The position numbers were made by a program, and so were the translations under genes. From positions 930,001 through 994,000 of the forward strand of contig QPMI01000408.1 in assembly GCA_004431415.1 (NCBI GenBank): DNA of 64,000 bases. The letters are read 5' to 3'. Of this stretch, positions 37,193 to 50,215 are shown in pieces. Below the pieces are notes generated by a model. That model did no database searches. It was given only the letters and a program-made list of their open reading frames with translations, and was not told the origin of the DNA. Within the stretch, counting starts at the first letter, position 1. Each line of letters opens with the position of its first letter. This stretch comes from Cyanophora paradoxa CCMP329. Taxonomy: Eukaryota; Plantae; Glaucophyta.

Positions 37193-37434
37193 CCCTGCTC
37201 CCGGCACCCAGCCGGCGCCCCGCCCCACCGGCCATCCGGCGCCTCGCATATGCTGCCCCCCATCACCTCCAGCGCCCCGCGCCCGCTGCCACCCAACGCC
37301 CTACGGTTCCACTGCAGGCTCCAAGGTAGGAAGGACGGCGGTCGCAACATTGGAAAGCACGCCAGCGGCCAACCTCCGCCCCCCACTAGGGCTCAGACAC
37401 AGCCATCCACCAAATATGGACTGTATTCAGAGTA

Positions 37435-38160
37435 TCACATGTTCTTCGGACCCAGGACACTGATCTCTAAACGAGGAAGTAACTGAGTCGCAAGGTCTCT
37501 GACGGGCATGGAAGCATCAAGACGAATCACGGGTAAAGTGCGACTGGACTCGAGAGAGAATATCCAGTCACTATAACGTGCGTGGAGTCCTGGAATAGTA
37601 CTGAGAGCTTCGTGATTATCTCCACGGGAAAGAGCTCTCTCCATACAGATGCCAGGTGATACATCTAGTGATACGACAGCAAGTGGATCGTGAAATGAAA
37701 GAGATGCCTGAATTTCTTGCAGCAAACCACGCTCCGCATCCGTGAGGTAACCACGGGCGTACCAGTACTCTGCAAAGATTTCCTGTGAGGAAAGATGGCA
37801 GCGCTCGACGAGACCAACAAGCGGGCGATCGTGATAGGCAGAACTACATGCATTCAAAGCTGACAGTTGCTGTAAGTGGGTTGAATGGGAAAGGAGCGCT
37901 CGAAGTTGCATGCCAAGTACGGCACCAGGTTGCGGGCCGCCTTCCGCAAAAATGCCAGTCAACCATGGTTTCCATAGATGCAGAGGCTCGGGAAAGATGC
38001 GAAACTTGACCGCGCAGTTTACTTCCGCGGCGACTACCATCAGGTCGGAAATGAGCGTGCTTTTACCCGCTCCGGGAGGCGCTTCGAACGCTATATACGG
38101 GGGAAGCATCGCCTTGCGATCCACGCGTACGGTCGTCGGTGCGGTGTCTACAGATTGCAT
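37435..38160 (-). CDS. Deoxynucleoside kinase (dNK family), intronless
   Basis: YIAFEAPPGAGKST (P-loop), FPEPLHLW, LVERCHLS..IFA, P.AVVSLDVSPGICMERALSRG (lid). Confidence 0.88.
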   Translation of the reverse strand: MQSVDTAPTTVRVDRKAMLPPYIAFEAPPGAGKSTLISDLMVVAAEVNCAVKFRIFPEPLHLWKPWLTGIFAEGGPQPGAVLGMQLRALLSHSTHLQQLSALNACSSAYHDRPLVGLVERCHLSSQEIFAEYWYARGYLTDAERGLLQEIQASLSFHDPLAVVSLDVSPGICMERALSRGDNHEALSTIPGLHARYSDWIFSLESSRTLPVIRLDASMPVRDLATQLLPRLEISVLGPKNM

Positions 38161-38299
38161 GATATAATTATACTACTATGTGATGAAAATGACATTCGAG
38201 GGGTACAGTCGCAATTCGAAAACTTCGTAACTGAGGACCAAACAGCACCTGAAGCTGCCTATAGTAGTAATTTCTTGCCATTATAAGACATACGGTACA

Positions 38300-41200
38300 T
38301 CGGTTCTCGCAAGACCTTTCAGCTGAAGCGTGGACGGATCATCCACGCATCACGTCAGGTGCCATGCATAGCGAGCCGCGCGAGTTGTGATCTGATTCAA
38401 CTGTACGAATGCAGAACGGAGGCCCCAAAATTGTGAGCCGGTTGCCCATGGGGTACGTCGGGTACGGCAGCTGAGTTGAGTAAAGGAAAAAGAGGATGCA
38501 TCGGATTAATGGACATCATCAGATCAACCACGTCGGAACGCAATCGATCCGCCCAATCACATTTATCACTATTACGCGTAAAAACAGGAAGGGTCCCTTC
38601 CGCAATCATGCTGTCAATTATTGACAAAAACATGCATCGTCCTGCTCCAGAATTACTGCGTGGAATACCGCATCAGCCACTGGGGAACTGCATTTTAAAT
38701 ACGAGACATATCAGATGTAATAAAGGCGGACCTCACTGGAATTAGGTTAGGAGAGACTGTAGCGGAAAGCAACACGTTCTGCATTCCCATGTCGTAGATA
38801 CGGGCAGACATTACACCAGCTATCGATAGTCGCATATCCGGAGGAACAAGCATGGCCGCAGTGGATGCAGGTGAGGGATGCGACGAGTTACGATCACAGG
38901 TTCCTTCAGGTGGCAATGAACCCCCCAAAGCTGCACTACACGACGCCTGCTGAAAAGCAGCTGACAAATTCCGTGGTGGAAGAGCGTGGGTCGTGTGGGG
39001 TAAGAGAGAAGTCGACGAAGTAGGCGTCGTCCGATCACGAGGTACACTGGAAGGCATCGCTGAAGAGCTCGAGGGAAAGGATGCAGCGGATCGCTTGTTC
39101 GTCGACGTTAAAGTAGACTCATTGCGCTTACGCTTTGGAGTCTTGGGAGATGCACGCGGTGGGTCGGTGTGAGATACACGCGGGGGGTCGGTAGACGGAG
39201 CATCAATGCGTGTACGAGTACCCGCAGCGCCAGAGTTGGGAGTCGATGCAAATTTCTCGGCCAAGGTGCGCTGCTCTTCTACCACCAGTTGCGGTTTAGC
39301 GACTTCAAAAACAGACGTGCCCCAAGCGATATGAAGATTGTCTGACGGGACACCAATCCGCGTGGCCAGTGCACGGAGCCGGGCATTCTCCCGTATATCC
39401 GACGGATTCGGAGCGAAGTACAACCAGCGGTCGAGTGACGGAGTGCTGCACATTGCAATGTCCGGTAACTCGGAGACGTCGCTGTCGGAATCCATTGTAC
39501 CCAGTGGGATCGCAGATTGGTGCGCACGTCCTTTGCCTTTCTTCCGTCTAGCCATAGGGTCACGCAGTACATTGGTGAAAATGATGTCCGCAGATGATCG
39601 AACCCGACTACATGCGACATACGCCATGTTGTAGGTGAAAGCGCGTGACAAATCAACGACTATCTTTGACAGTGTGAGGCCTTGACACTTGTGAACGGTT
39701 ACAGCCCACGCCAGACGAAAAGGGAACTGAGTGCGAGAAGGAGCCGAACTTGAAGATTTTGCCGCATTCGTCAAACCAGGAATCACTTCGTGCTCAGTTT
39801 GAGTAGGCGGTGCTGAAGACTTGTCGTGGATAACTGGTTCGTTGGATATGTCACGCTCAGACGGCTCAACACGTACGGCCTGGTAATCAACACCGGCTAG
39901 TGTCACTTTCGTACGCCCGCGCTTCCTGCCGACTTTGTCGTCGTCAAAAGCCACATACATGGCAACTGGAGAATTCTTGTCAAGTAGCCGAACAGTCGAC
40001 GAAGCTGTAGGTACTGGACCGTCAAACTCCCATCCAACCAGCGTCCCCAGCGCGCCATTTACAAGACCATCGTGCGTGTCCTCATTGATGATCATCATAA
40101 CCCGCGAGCCCAAGCAGAAGGTGAACTTCGCCAATAAGAGGTCGCCATTTTTATTCTGCACCACGAACGCACAAGCTTAAAAAGCAACTGATACACTGGC
40201 GGACATGGGTTCGTACCTCAACCGGTTCAGCTGGTTTACACGTTTTGGATTTGTGATCGTACTCTCCTTCATCGAAAGCCTCAAGTGTGATAATCGGAGC
40301 CAAATACCGACGGGACGTTGCAAAGAGACGATCATTGTTGTAATTCAGTACTTCTCTGTTGCAAGGGAAGACTCGCAACGCTGTTTCCCAGGCGGGGGAT
40401 GCCAGTTCGCAAGCCAGTGCAGCATACCCCCGACGATTCTCCTCGGGGTTCACAGATCTGCACGGTGCGTTCACAGAAAGGCGAGCGGGCGGTGCAATAC
40501 AAGGATGTAATGGTTTCAGAACGTACCTGGACAGAATGAATTGCTTATCACGGTCATCAAATTCTCCGACTCGTAATCGCAAACATGTGTCACGCCACAT
40601 GGTGTCTCCAGCTTGCCTGACGACCTCATCGAGGAAGATAGGGTGAAACAAAGACAGCCACAGGTGAATATCATCAACCAGTTCGCCACTGCGCTTGAAG
40701 GTACGCCACATCCGTCTTTCGAAAATGTTGTAAATCCGTTTCTCCTGCACTGGCGGAAGTTGGAAGAAATCCCCGAAGCACAGGATAGATTTCCCTGCGA
40801 ACGGCTCCGCCACCTGGAAGATCTCCTGTAACCGCTGATTGATTCGAGGAAAGTTCTTGCCGCCAACAAAGCTGATCTCGTCAATAATGATAAGTTCGAC
40901 ATCACGGAACCTTGCATTCAATTGGCACGCTCGGGCGCCAGATAAAGGATAGAATGTATTTTTTTCGCCGTGTTTGGGAGGAGCCCCAAAAGCTAGCACA
41001 GATGACACGGTGCTACCTCCGATGTTGAAGGATGCCACGCCAGACCAGGACATGAGTAATATGCCGCCATTGCCACACGGTTGCTGCATGTTTGCGTGGT
41101 CACGACTCCAGTGGAGCATGTACTTAACAATGGTTTTGATAAGAAAAGATTTGCCAGTCCCGCCTGGACCAACACACGCAATGTGCAGAGGCTGCTTAGG

Positions 41201-44200
41201 GGATACGACAGGAAGCTCTTTGTGACGACATTCGGGCATCCCGGAATTAGCGGCCACAATAGAGTTGTACCTGTTCATATAGTACAATTAATAAAAGATC
41301 ACCACACCATCTAGAGCACGAGCAGCGTACTCAGCTTGGGTTGAGTAGTGCTTTTCGAGCCGAGTTGTCATCTGACGAATCGCAACCATCAATTCCCGCT
41401 GCCTTGGCTTCAGCTTATCCTCCATTTCCGAGAGGCTCATCGAATCGAGGTCATGTAAATCAACTCCCGAAGAGGCGGGGGGTCCAGGCGGAAGTGCGGT
41501 AAGAACATCATCCGCACCAGAGGGGCTGAAGTCATCCGCACCAGAGGGGCCGAAGTTAGATACGTCGGAGGTGGGCAGTGCCGACAACGTTGCATCACGC
41601 GCTACGGTTGACGTAACTCGCGTCGGTACTATCGATGGCTCGTCACGAACGTCATCGACCCCATTAAATCCGACTGTTGGCCCAGGGCGCAGGTGATGTA
41701 CAGAAGAAGCAGTGCCAGTTGTGGACCGGTTATCCGGGTTTAAATTCTTGCCGGCGACCAAGCGAGCATCACGATCGAACTTCTGGAGGGACCGTTCAAT
41801 CCGGGCAGCCATTTGACAGTGAGTGAACTGAATATTGTACTCGATAGTAGCACGATGCCGGGTGACGGCAGCAGAAATGACGGCAGGAGTAACTTGATCC
41901 TCGGACTCAACACCAAGTAAATCACGTAGCTCGTTCCGAAATGGTACGTGCATCAACAGCAGACTGTACAGGCCTTCGGGGTCACCATCCTTTGGAATTC
42001 GTACTCTCACAGTCCTCGGTCGACGTCGCTGTTGAAGGATGTGGCGTTGAAAGGGCCTCAACAGAGAAGACCGAGGGCACACACTGCGCAGGCAATAAAT
42101 GAGATAGAGCTCGAGGGGCACGTGAGAACAAACGAATTACGACGTAAACGTTCACCTGGATCCCGCCTTCTTTGAGCGCAAGGGTGCAGTACTTTGCGGA
42201 TGCTGTTTTCGAATCTCTGCATTCGCCCACGCGGGATTAGGCTCCCAATCATTGAGTTCCGCCTCATCCTCGTCTCCCTCACAAGCAACGTTTTCAGACG
42301 TGAGATTTGCGTCTGGGCCGCCTCCTTTTGGCGCATCACCAAGAAAATGTAAGTTAAACCAGTTCATGTACTGCATGAAGGTTATAGATTCGAAGACAGG
42401 TTCAGCACCTGGGCAAGAAGAAATGTCAGTCAGTAGCGAGATTTCATTTGTACCATAAAAAGACAGATTGGGCACCGTCGGGATCCTTACTGCGAGCCAT
42501 ATAGTAATCAACCTGGTCGTCGGCCCAAGCATCTTGATCGTTCGGATTATGTTGCATTCGAAATTCGAGCTCCCGTTTATGCCGCAGGTGCTTTCCACGT
42601 TTACCAGGGAGGTAGGCCCCGACAGAGCACGATGATCGTGACGAAAAAAACAACGGAATGCCTGGACAGAGTGCCCAAGCATGAGCATGCTGCATGGTTA
42701 CAGGCGATGATATACATAAATGAGGCATAATTATAACACTGGCTTACATTGATGCTACGCACCTAGACAATACAACCCAGCTTCCTGCTTGGACATTGTG
42801 CGACACCCCAACATGGCATTTCGCATCTATTTCGCAATGCCGGTAGAGTTAATTTAGGGAACCGCGCAGCATCAGAAATTGAGAAACATTACCTTTAGGA
42901 GGATCTGGTTAGTTGACGCATCCTCTGGTAGGTCATTTAGGACGTTTTCCACCGCCTTCATCTCCTCCGTCTCGTCTTTGGTCATATACCCTAAAATGTA
43001 CGCTGCTATCTTGTATGGATTTGTGACGATTTGGATATCCATATTAGCTTGCCAGAGCTGGATGATAATGTTGTGGAAATTGTTCGTGTAGCGATCATCC
43101 TGTGTGAAGCGCCTAAATATCACTTCCCGGTCCCCACGACACATAAAACGTTCTTCGTGAGAGCTCCGCAGATGCGTTTTGGCGGCAAACACATGTGGGA
43201 ATCCGAAGCGACACTTGCACCGCTCCTTATACTCGGCCATAAATTTGGCGATCCGGGCTGAACGAGCCACGTGCTCGTGCGGAGCAGCTTTTTCCATGGC
43301 CTGTAGCTGGTCTTCTAGCACGTTCAGCTTCGTGGCATCAGTGATAGGGTCATGCAACTCGGCGTTTTCGTCGACGGTCGCAAGCTTGCGACGGCGACGA
43401 AATTTGCCCGCTGCGGCGGGATCGATGCGACATGTGTGAGAGTGTTTATGGCGATTGAATCGTGCCACGTAGTCCTGTAGGCGGGGTGTAGCCCATTCTT
43501 GGGCGAAAGGACCTTCCGTCCGAGGTTGCTACATTCAAGATTAATAGTGTGCAGCATCCTGGAAATTAGCAACAACGGTAATGGCTTACCTCGGTCTGAA
43601 CAACCGTATCCAGCCACGCGCAGACTTGTTCGCCATTGAAACCGGGGTCTGCGGGGTCTAGGACGGGCGGGGGCGTCGTGACACCATCTCGGGTGCGCTC
43701 GCCCAGCCAAATCACCAAATGTGCGTGAAGCGACCCTCGACTCTGAACTTCATACCTTGGTAGAAACAGGTAAGACAGCAAATGTGCAGGGTCACAGGAT
43801 TCAAAAAAATCGGCGCACCGGACAAAGAAATCAACAACAGGCCAACCAAAAAGCACTTCACCAGCCGTAGATTGGAAAAGGTCAAGCATGGCGCGAACCC
43901 GTTCATCAAAATGCTCAGCCACAATGCCGGGATTCTCGTTCAGCAATTTTACAACATCGTCCCGATTCTTAGTAAATTCGGCGACGGCAGCGCTGGACGG
44001 GAACTTGACAGGATCGATGGCCCGAAGAAGATCGGGCCAATGTAGATCATCGCTGGACAGCGTCATATAAATATGAGGAAATCCGATTGTCGTAAACATG
44101 CTGTGTAATTTATTTCGTGCATTGTTCCAGTATGCGGCGGTTCCACGAACCTGTACATGTGGTCCTCGGACACATTAGCCCAAGGTCGGAAGTGCAATGA

Positions 44201-46830
44201 ACACAAAACATAAATTCACATTACGAGTCATCGTACGATAACACCGCGTGCGAATGGCGAGAGCATCTAAGGAATGATCTTCAACAGTACTGTTGATTAA
44301 ATTTAAAGCGTCAGCAACCGTCATGGTGGTCGTTGACGTGACAGCATGTGCCTCGCGGTTTTCGCTGGAAACAGCATTGACGATATTATCTCTGACAAAG
44401 TTAAATCCACGCCACGCATCGTCATCGAGTATAATCGAAATCGAATTAAGAAGAGCGGCCGGGTCGCGTTGAAATGGGGCGGATGATGACGCGAGGCAAC
44501 GGTGGGAGAAAAATTCACGTGCCGACAGTTGGATCGGTCTAGCTGGGTCGTGCAAACCATGCGTGCCTGACAATAAATGTAGGAATGATATCAAATGTGA
44601 CATGGTCGCGGGCGCATCGCACCTGTTGGATAAACAGACAAGAAGGAGCACACATCTGTTTCCGGCGAATGGGCACGCAGAATACGACCATCGTTCACAG
44701 GAAGGGTGCTGAGGGAAGTCCCCTTTAAATTGACGGCAACCGACGGGCAGATAGGACGGTTCATGTGAGCCGAACCAGCATCGTCGTTTTCCGAGTTGTC
44801 GCTATCAGAGTCCTCCGTGTCGCGAGGATTAATGACATTATCTGTCGTGCCAGCATTCCACTTATCTATTTCTGCTAACAACTCCGGATCGTTGGGATCC
44901 CGTAGTTGTATGTTCTGATAATATATGTGTTTTGTAGTGTCACGAAGGCACTCAAGAACCTCGAAGCACCGGTCCAACCTGACACGATTATACCAGGTCT
45001 CCCCACCTTTCGGCTTTCGCTGGTTGACCAAGCAAACTTTTCCTCTAGGTGGCAGAGGAAATATTGATTTGATGTTATTGATGGGATTGCACGGTACAAA
45101 GATAACGCGCCCTTGCGAGCCGAGCTGCCCTCCACCGATCCTCCGACCGTTTTTCCCTTTCGGGCCACGGACGTGAATTAACTGAGAATAGCAGGTCACG
45201 TGCAATATGAGCGACAACAAGATGACTCGCATTATACTGACAGACTCCGAACCTGGTAATTATTAACCCGTTGACACATCAATAATTCGGGGTAGGTTAA
45301 GTCGGATAAAAGGTTACGTGTACGGTCGTCCACATCCACGCAATGCAGACGGTTCTTTTGCACCGCTGAATTAGGTATAGTGTAGTGAACCGAGCAGTCC
45401 GAAATACATTGGAACGCACCAAACTTGAGAAGGGGCAGAAGGGTCGATCGGGGGCACACTTGAAAGCATTACACCGGCTGCAAAATTCAACTGTAGCTTG
45501 TGACGAAGGTATTCCGTGTAGATTCATAATTGAACAGACATGACATCGCACGTCGCCCGTCACGCACTGACAGTCCTTACTGTGACTATACGAGGTACTA
45601 GTACTCTCAGAGGCGATGCACTTGCACCGCAGAATATGTAATTTGTCTGCACGTCGTGATTCGGTGCAGCAACTACAAGTGCGACGGATGCAGTATAGCT
45701 TGAGAAAGAACACTCTTGCAGCATCCTTCAGATCGAGATTGGAGATTTCATTCCAGAATTGTACAGGTTCATAGCTTAGCAAGACGTCAGCAACACACTA
45801 ATGCAGGTTATAAGATGCAGAAATAAATGCACTTTGCTAAAATGGTTTCAAATTTGGCATGACGTTATGCGCCCCGCCGCACAGGGTGATGGTCATGCCG
45901 AAAGACATGCAACTCGCTCGGTGTATATTGTCGGGTATAATGTAAAAGTCAGATTCGCAGCAGTGATTTCACTTATGCTTAGCTGCATATCAAGCGCTAG
46001 CGCTCTACCGACTTTGAAGTCGACGTCCCTGCTATTGAACCGACTTCCGAGTGCACGTCCTCTCCAGCTGCAGCTCCATGGATTTGCAATTGCTCTGTAG
46101 CTAGGCCTAACGCCGAGCTCGTGGCTTGCTTATGGCGAGTACATCTGGCCGATCCTTTGAATTTCATATGCCTCTTCAACCGGGCTTCCACACAATCTGA
46201 GCTGCGCCCACAACGGTTAATAAAATATATAATTCCCTGCGGCATTCGGGGATTTCTATATACAGAACTTTTGGATAATCCTGCGTATGCTTACCATCCA
46301 AACCTGGATAGCATGGTTTTGGCAGTTCTCCTGCCTCCAAATTCCATCCTCGCGATTTGTTCATCAGCCGCTGCGATCGCATCCACCTCGTTGGCAAATG
46401 TTTCAAGCTCTTCGCGACCGCCGTCCAGCGAGTCATTCGCTTTCCACGTCCACTGCCGGCGCAGGGACAGTACGCGCCACTCAATGCCGGTCACGCTCGT
46501 AGCGTGGACTACGCCGCAGAACAGCGGGCGGTCACTGTTTGAGCTGAGGTTGACAGCTTCGGCTACCAGAAACCGGTCATCCGGGCCCATGTACATCGCT
46601 GCTGTCCATACTAGGCGGTTGAATTGCCTATCTGTTATCAATCTCAGGCCTGTTCGCTGTATGGTTGCATATTCGAGCTCTACCAGCTCCAAGCGCGTGC
46701 TTGCCTCGAACGCCCGGTGAACTTCGCTTGCGCAGCATGTTACTTCCGAATTCCCTCTGGCGAATTGCACGACCTTCAAGTACACCGGCATCGCGTACCG
46801 CATTGCGCTAAACTCGGCAGAGTTTCTCAT
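38300..46830 (-). CDS. Helitron RepHel (HUH-Y2 Rep + Pif1 SF1B helicase + C-terminal OTU-like motif), multi-exon, Helitron2/Helentron-like; 5' exons uncertain
   Basis: Rep: YMTLS, YEVQSRGSLHAHLVIW, HKHSHTC..CRFGFP, WQANMDIQ, YILGYMTK. Helicase: GPGGTGKS, IIDEISFV, FGDFFQLPPV, VVRQAGD, RTQFPFRLAWAVTVHKCQGLTL, YVACSRVR. N-terminal Cys-rich region and GQLGSQGRVIFVP. GAGRCMFLSI near 38620-38650. Confidence 0.93.
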
Positions 46831-47031
46831 ATCTACCGTCTTGATTATGCCACGACTTTTACTGTTCTCGTTGCGCTCGTCTCACGCTGCAATTGCAGTC
46901 GACTCGTCGCTCGGAATAGAGGTCTGATGAGCGACGTAGGGGTACACAATACATCGAGTTTCATATCATCATTACCTACGGCTTAAATGACATCGACTAT
47001 GCTGCCGCTTGCCGACCGAGAATATATATCC

Positions 47032-48925
47032 ATGGGTGATGCTGCAGCAGATACATTGCCGCCTTCGAAACGTAGGCTTGTCGCGCACCGCATTCGAGAC
47101 GCAAGCTGATTGAACTTGCAGGCCAGCGTTCGATCACTAAGGTGAGACAACCGCAACTGTGTTTCTACGGATCATGCGCGGACGGCGGCAGACAAGTCGA
47201 CATCTGATATGCCGCAGATTGCCGCTCGTCAAGAAGCATCAATGATGAACGCAGCAGCAGAGAGAGCGATGCCTTCGCAACGTAGGCTGCTTGCGCACCT
47301 CATTCGAAACGTAGGCTGATTGAATTCGCAGGCCAGCGTTTGATCAGCAAGGTGCGACGCCACCGAAAGTGGTGCTGCTCGATTGCGATGTTCGAGGCGC
47401 AGGGCGACCGGATCCTGGAAGTCCTGTCCATGGTCACAATCGGTGACGAGTGTGCGGGGCGTAGGGACGTAGGCACATTGACGGAGCTGCCGATTCCTGC
47501 CGGGTATGACCTATTGTATCCGGAAAACGAGTTCGTTCAATTCTCGATCCCATCAATTGTGACTTTCCCAGTAACTGATCGAAAGAAGGCCTGCTGAGTG
47601 CAATATTGAAGTGAAATTCTTTGTGCCCCACGCAGAAAAGAAGGTAACATTAAGTTTCTCTGTCGAATATGTGAACCGAAACTAATTACATTTCGTCCCC
47701 ATCGCAGACATCGTTACACACATGGCCGCGTGGATCCTTCAACGACGCGTTTAATTACTGGTGTATGAAGTACAACTTGCGCAAAGGGGCGTTCGTATTT
47801 GGAGGGAAACAAATACGGCCTGTGGACAGTCCGGGATGCGTTGGGGTATGCAATGGCGACACCGTTATATACGTAGAGGAGAGCAAGCTGACAGCTGAAA
47901 GTCTGAAACGGTGCGCGCTGAACGTGTACATACCGGATGGTGATCTAACGTGGGTGCCGGTCCTCGAGCACGGCCGCAGGGAGGAAGAGTTTGATTCGTA
48001 CGTCGAGTGTCACGATATAATGAACTCGCAATTCCGATTATTTACGCTTGTTCAGAGTCGACATTGAGAGTGCGATGGAGGTGGTGATCGTGGGCGACAG
48101 CGGGCACCAAGACATGAGGATGGTGGAAATCCTCTGATCTATATACTCGTTATTCGAGTGGATCTGTATCTTGTTATTCAAACGTTAGCGTGTGCATCGC
48201 AGGGGCTGAAAGTGAGTCGGGCGACCGGAATGTACTGGATGCCAGCGAGGCAAAGGTTCGTGTATGTACTTGATCGGGCCGCCGAGCACGAATAACGGAC
48301 GCACCTGCTTTGCAGCGTGAACCTGCGGATGACCGTGATGGGAACGCACGATTCTACACTACCTGCAGCATTTGAGTTGCACATGGTGCCAGGCCAATCG
48401 CGGGCCACGATACGTGATGTATATCTACGACGAACTGATTATACGCCGGTTCACAGAGTGACATAGCCGTGCTGATTGATCGACCTCTATCCGAGTCCAT
48501 GCGGGTGTACGTTGATAAAATTATCGTGCCCCATAGGCACGTTTTCTCCTGCCATATGGGCGTCGCATGGATATACCACGTTACATGTCCCAATCATGCC
48601 CCTCAGGCACGTGTTTACAGGATATGACGCGGTTGAATTCGTGTACAAAGGGTGCTTGCTAAAGATAGGACCGACTCCGGCTGAAATGGATATGAAGCAC
48701 GGTGATGAAATTAAGTACGTGCTTCTTGTATTTATTGCGTGCGAATCACGATGACACCTTTCCAGGGTAATACCATACAATAGAGTTGTCGGCTCGACGC
48801 TCGGCTGTGGTCTTCACGATTTTTGCTATTGCCTTCGACTACAACTGATGCAAGACGACGCCCTCCAGTACCCTGCCTCTGCTATCACCGACCTTGGTTC
48901 CCGCTAGGGCCTTGATCGTGAACTT
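47032..48925 (+). CDS. Spliced protein with at least two SUMO-like (Rad60/Esc2/NIP45-type) domains (end approximate)
   Basis: AFVFGGKQIRPVDSPGCVGVCNGDTVIY (~47790-47872) and EFVYKGCLLKIGPTPAEMDMKHGDEIKY (~48635-48719) match the SUMO C-terminal pattern F.F.G..I....TP....M..GD.I. Confidence 0.65.
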
Positions 48926-49907
48926 GACCCCGTCGTACTGAGCGCCTCTATCTCAATACATTGAGTGCACCGCTCTCACTGTTTTCAATTGCCCCGCTTC
49001 TACTACCCTCCAGTGCTCTGTGCTCATACACTCCGTCCATCCCGCCTTAGCTCCCAGCGCTCGTGCCTGTACTACCCTCTAGTGCCCGCGCCCTCCTGTA
49101 CCCCGCCACGGGCGCCCCACCTTAGCTGTGCCCCGCCCGCACCCTCCGGCATCGCGCCCTGGGTATTTTGCATCAGCCGCGCTCCGCCCGCACCCTCCAT
49201 CACCCCGCGCCGGGCACATCCCACTGTCTATAATGCGTAGTTTACATGAGTATATTTGGTTGGAAAGGGTATTCAGATTCAAGGCACGAAAAGTCAAGCG
49301 GACTTTCCGTCGAGCGTCACGACCCTAGGCCTCCAGCCGGCGATCTGGTGACAGTAGTACTTCAGGCACGAAAATCACAGTGGACTTCAACCTCTGCAAC
49401 ATCCCTTTTGCATCTGTGCGCCAGACGCTAGCTCACAAGGACCGGTGCGTTTCACGTCACCAATCGTGTGATTGGTATGGTCGCAATGTAACTTTTTTGT
49501 CGCTTGCGTTTCACGGACCCCCCCCCCCCCCCCGCCCGCCCCCCCCCCCACCCCCCGGGTACCGATCACCCTCTCTATACCTAAACTGCCTGTTCGCACG
49601 TTCATGGGCAAGCGGAGGTGCGCATTATCTCGTGCTTTAACTTCTTCTGCGTTTACATAGTCACAACGATCTATACTTGGTCTACGTTCTGACGATTTCG
49701 CGTGCAGACCTTGCAAGTCATCTAGTGTCACAAAGACAGGTGTAGCACAAGATACGTCTTCTGACTCCGAAGATTGCACGCCTGCTAGGTGCGCATCTCG
49801 GTCTCCATGCGAAGCTGAGTTCCCATATGCACGTCTCAATTGCTGATCGTAGTCTACTAGTGCGTCCGTGCGCGCACGCTTGTCTGCAGAAGCTGTGCAT
49901 ACGTCGT

Positions 49908-50215
49908 CACCTCAGTCCCCTGGCTCTGCGCCCGTGCTGGCCGGGTTCGCATGCACGCGCCCTTTGCGTACGCCACTCCAGACCGCATTGCAACCTGACG
50001 CCGAACGAACAGAGCCGCCCATATATCCATGGATTCCCTGCCTGAATCTGATCATATGTCGACACCTCAGTCCCCCGGCTCCACGCCCGGGCAGGCTGGG
50101 TGCGTATGCGCCCCACGCGTGTGCCCTCCATGACGGCATTGCAACCTGACGCCGAACGAACAGAGCCGCACATATATCCATGGATTCCCTGCCTGACTGC
50201 GTACTGGTGGAGTTT
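49908..50215 (+). repeat. Tandem duplication of the F-box gene 5' end
   Basis: GCATTGCAACCTGACGCCGAACGAACAGAGCCGC..ATATATCCATGGATTCCCTGCCTGA occurs at ~49985 and ~50136. Confidence 0.85.

Noticed and set aside
38300-39600. APE endonuclease after the helicase, as in canonical Helentrons
   Set aside because: No APE motifs seen; the region is low complexity followed by the OTU-like Cys motif, whose catalytic His was not located.
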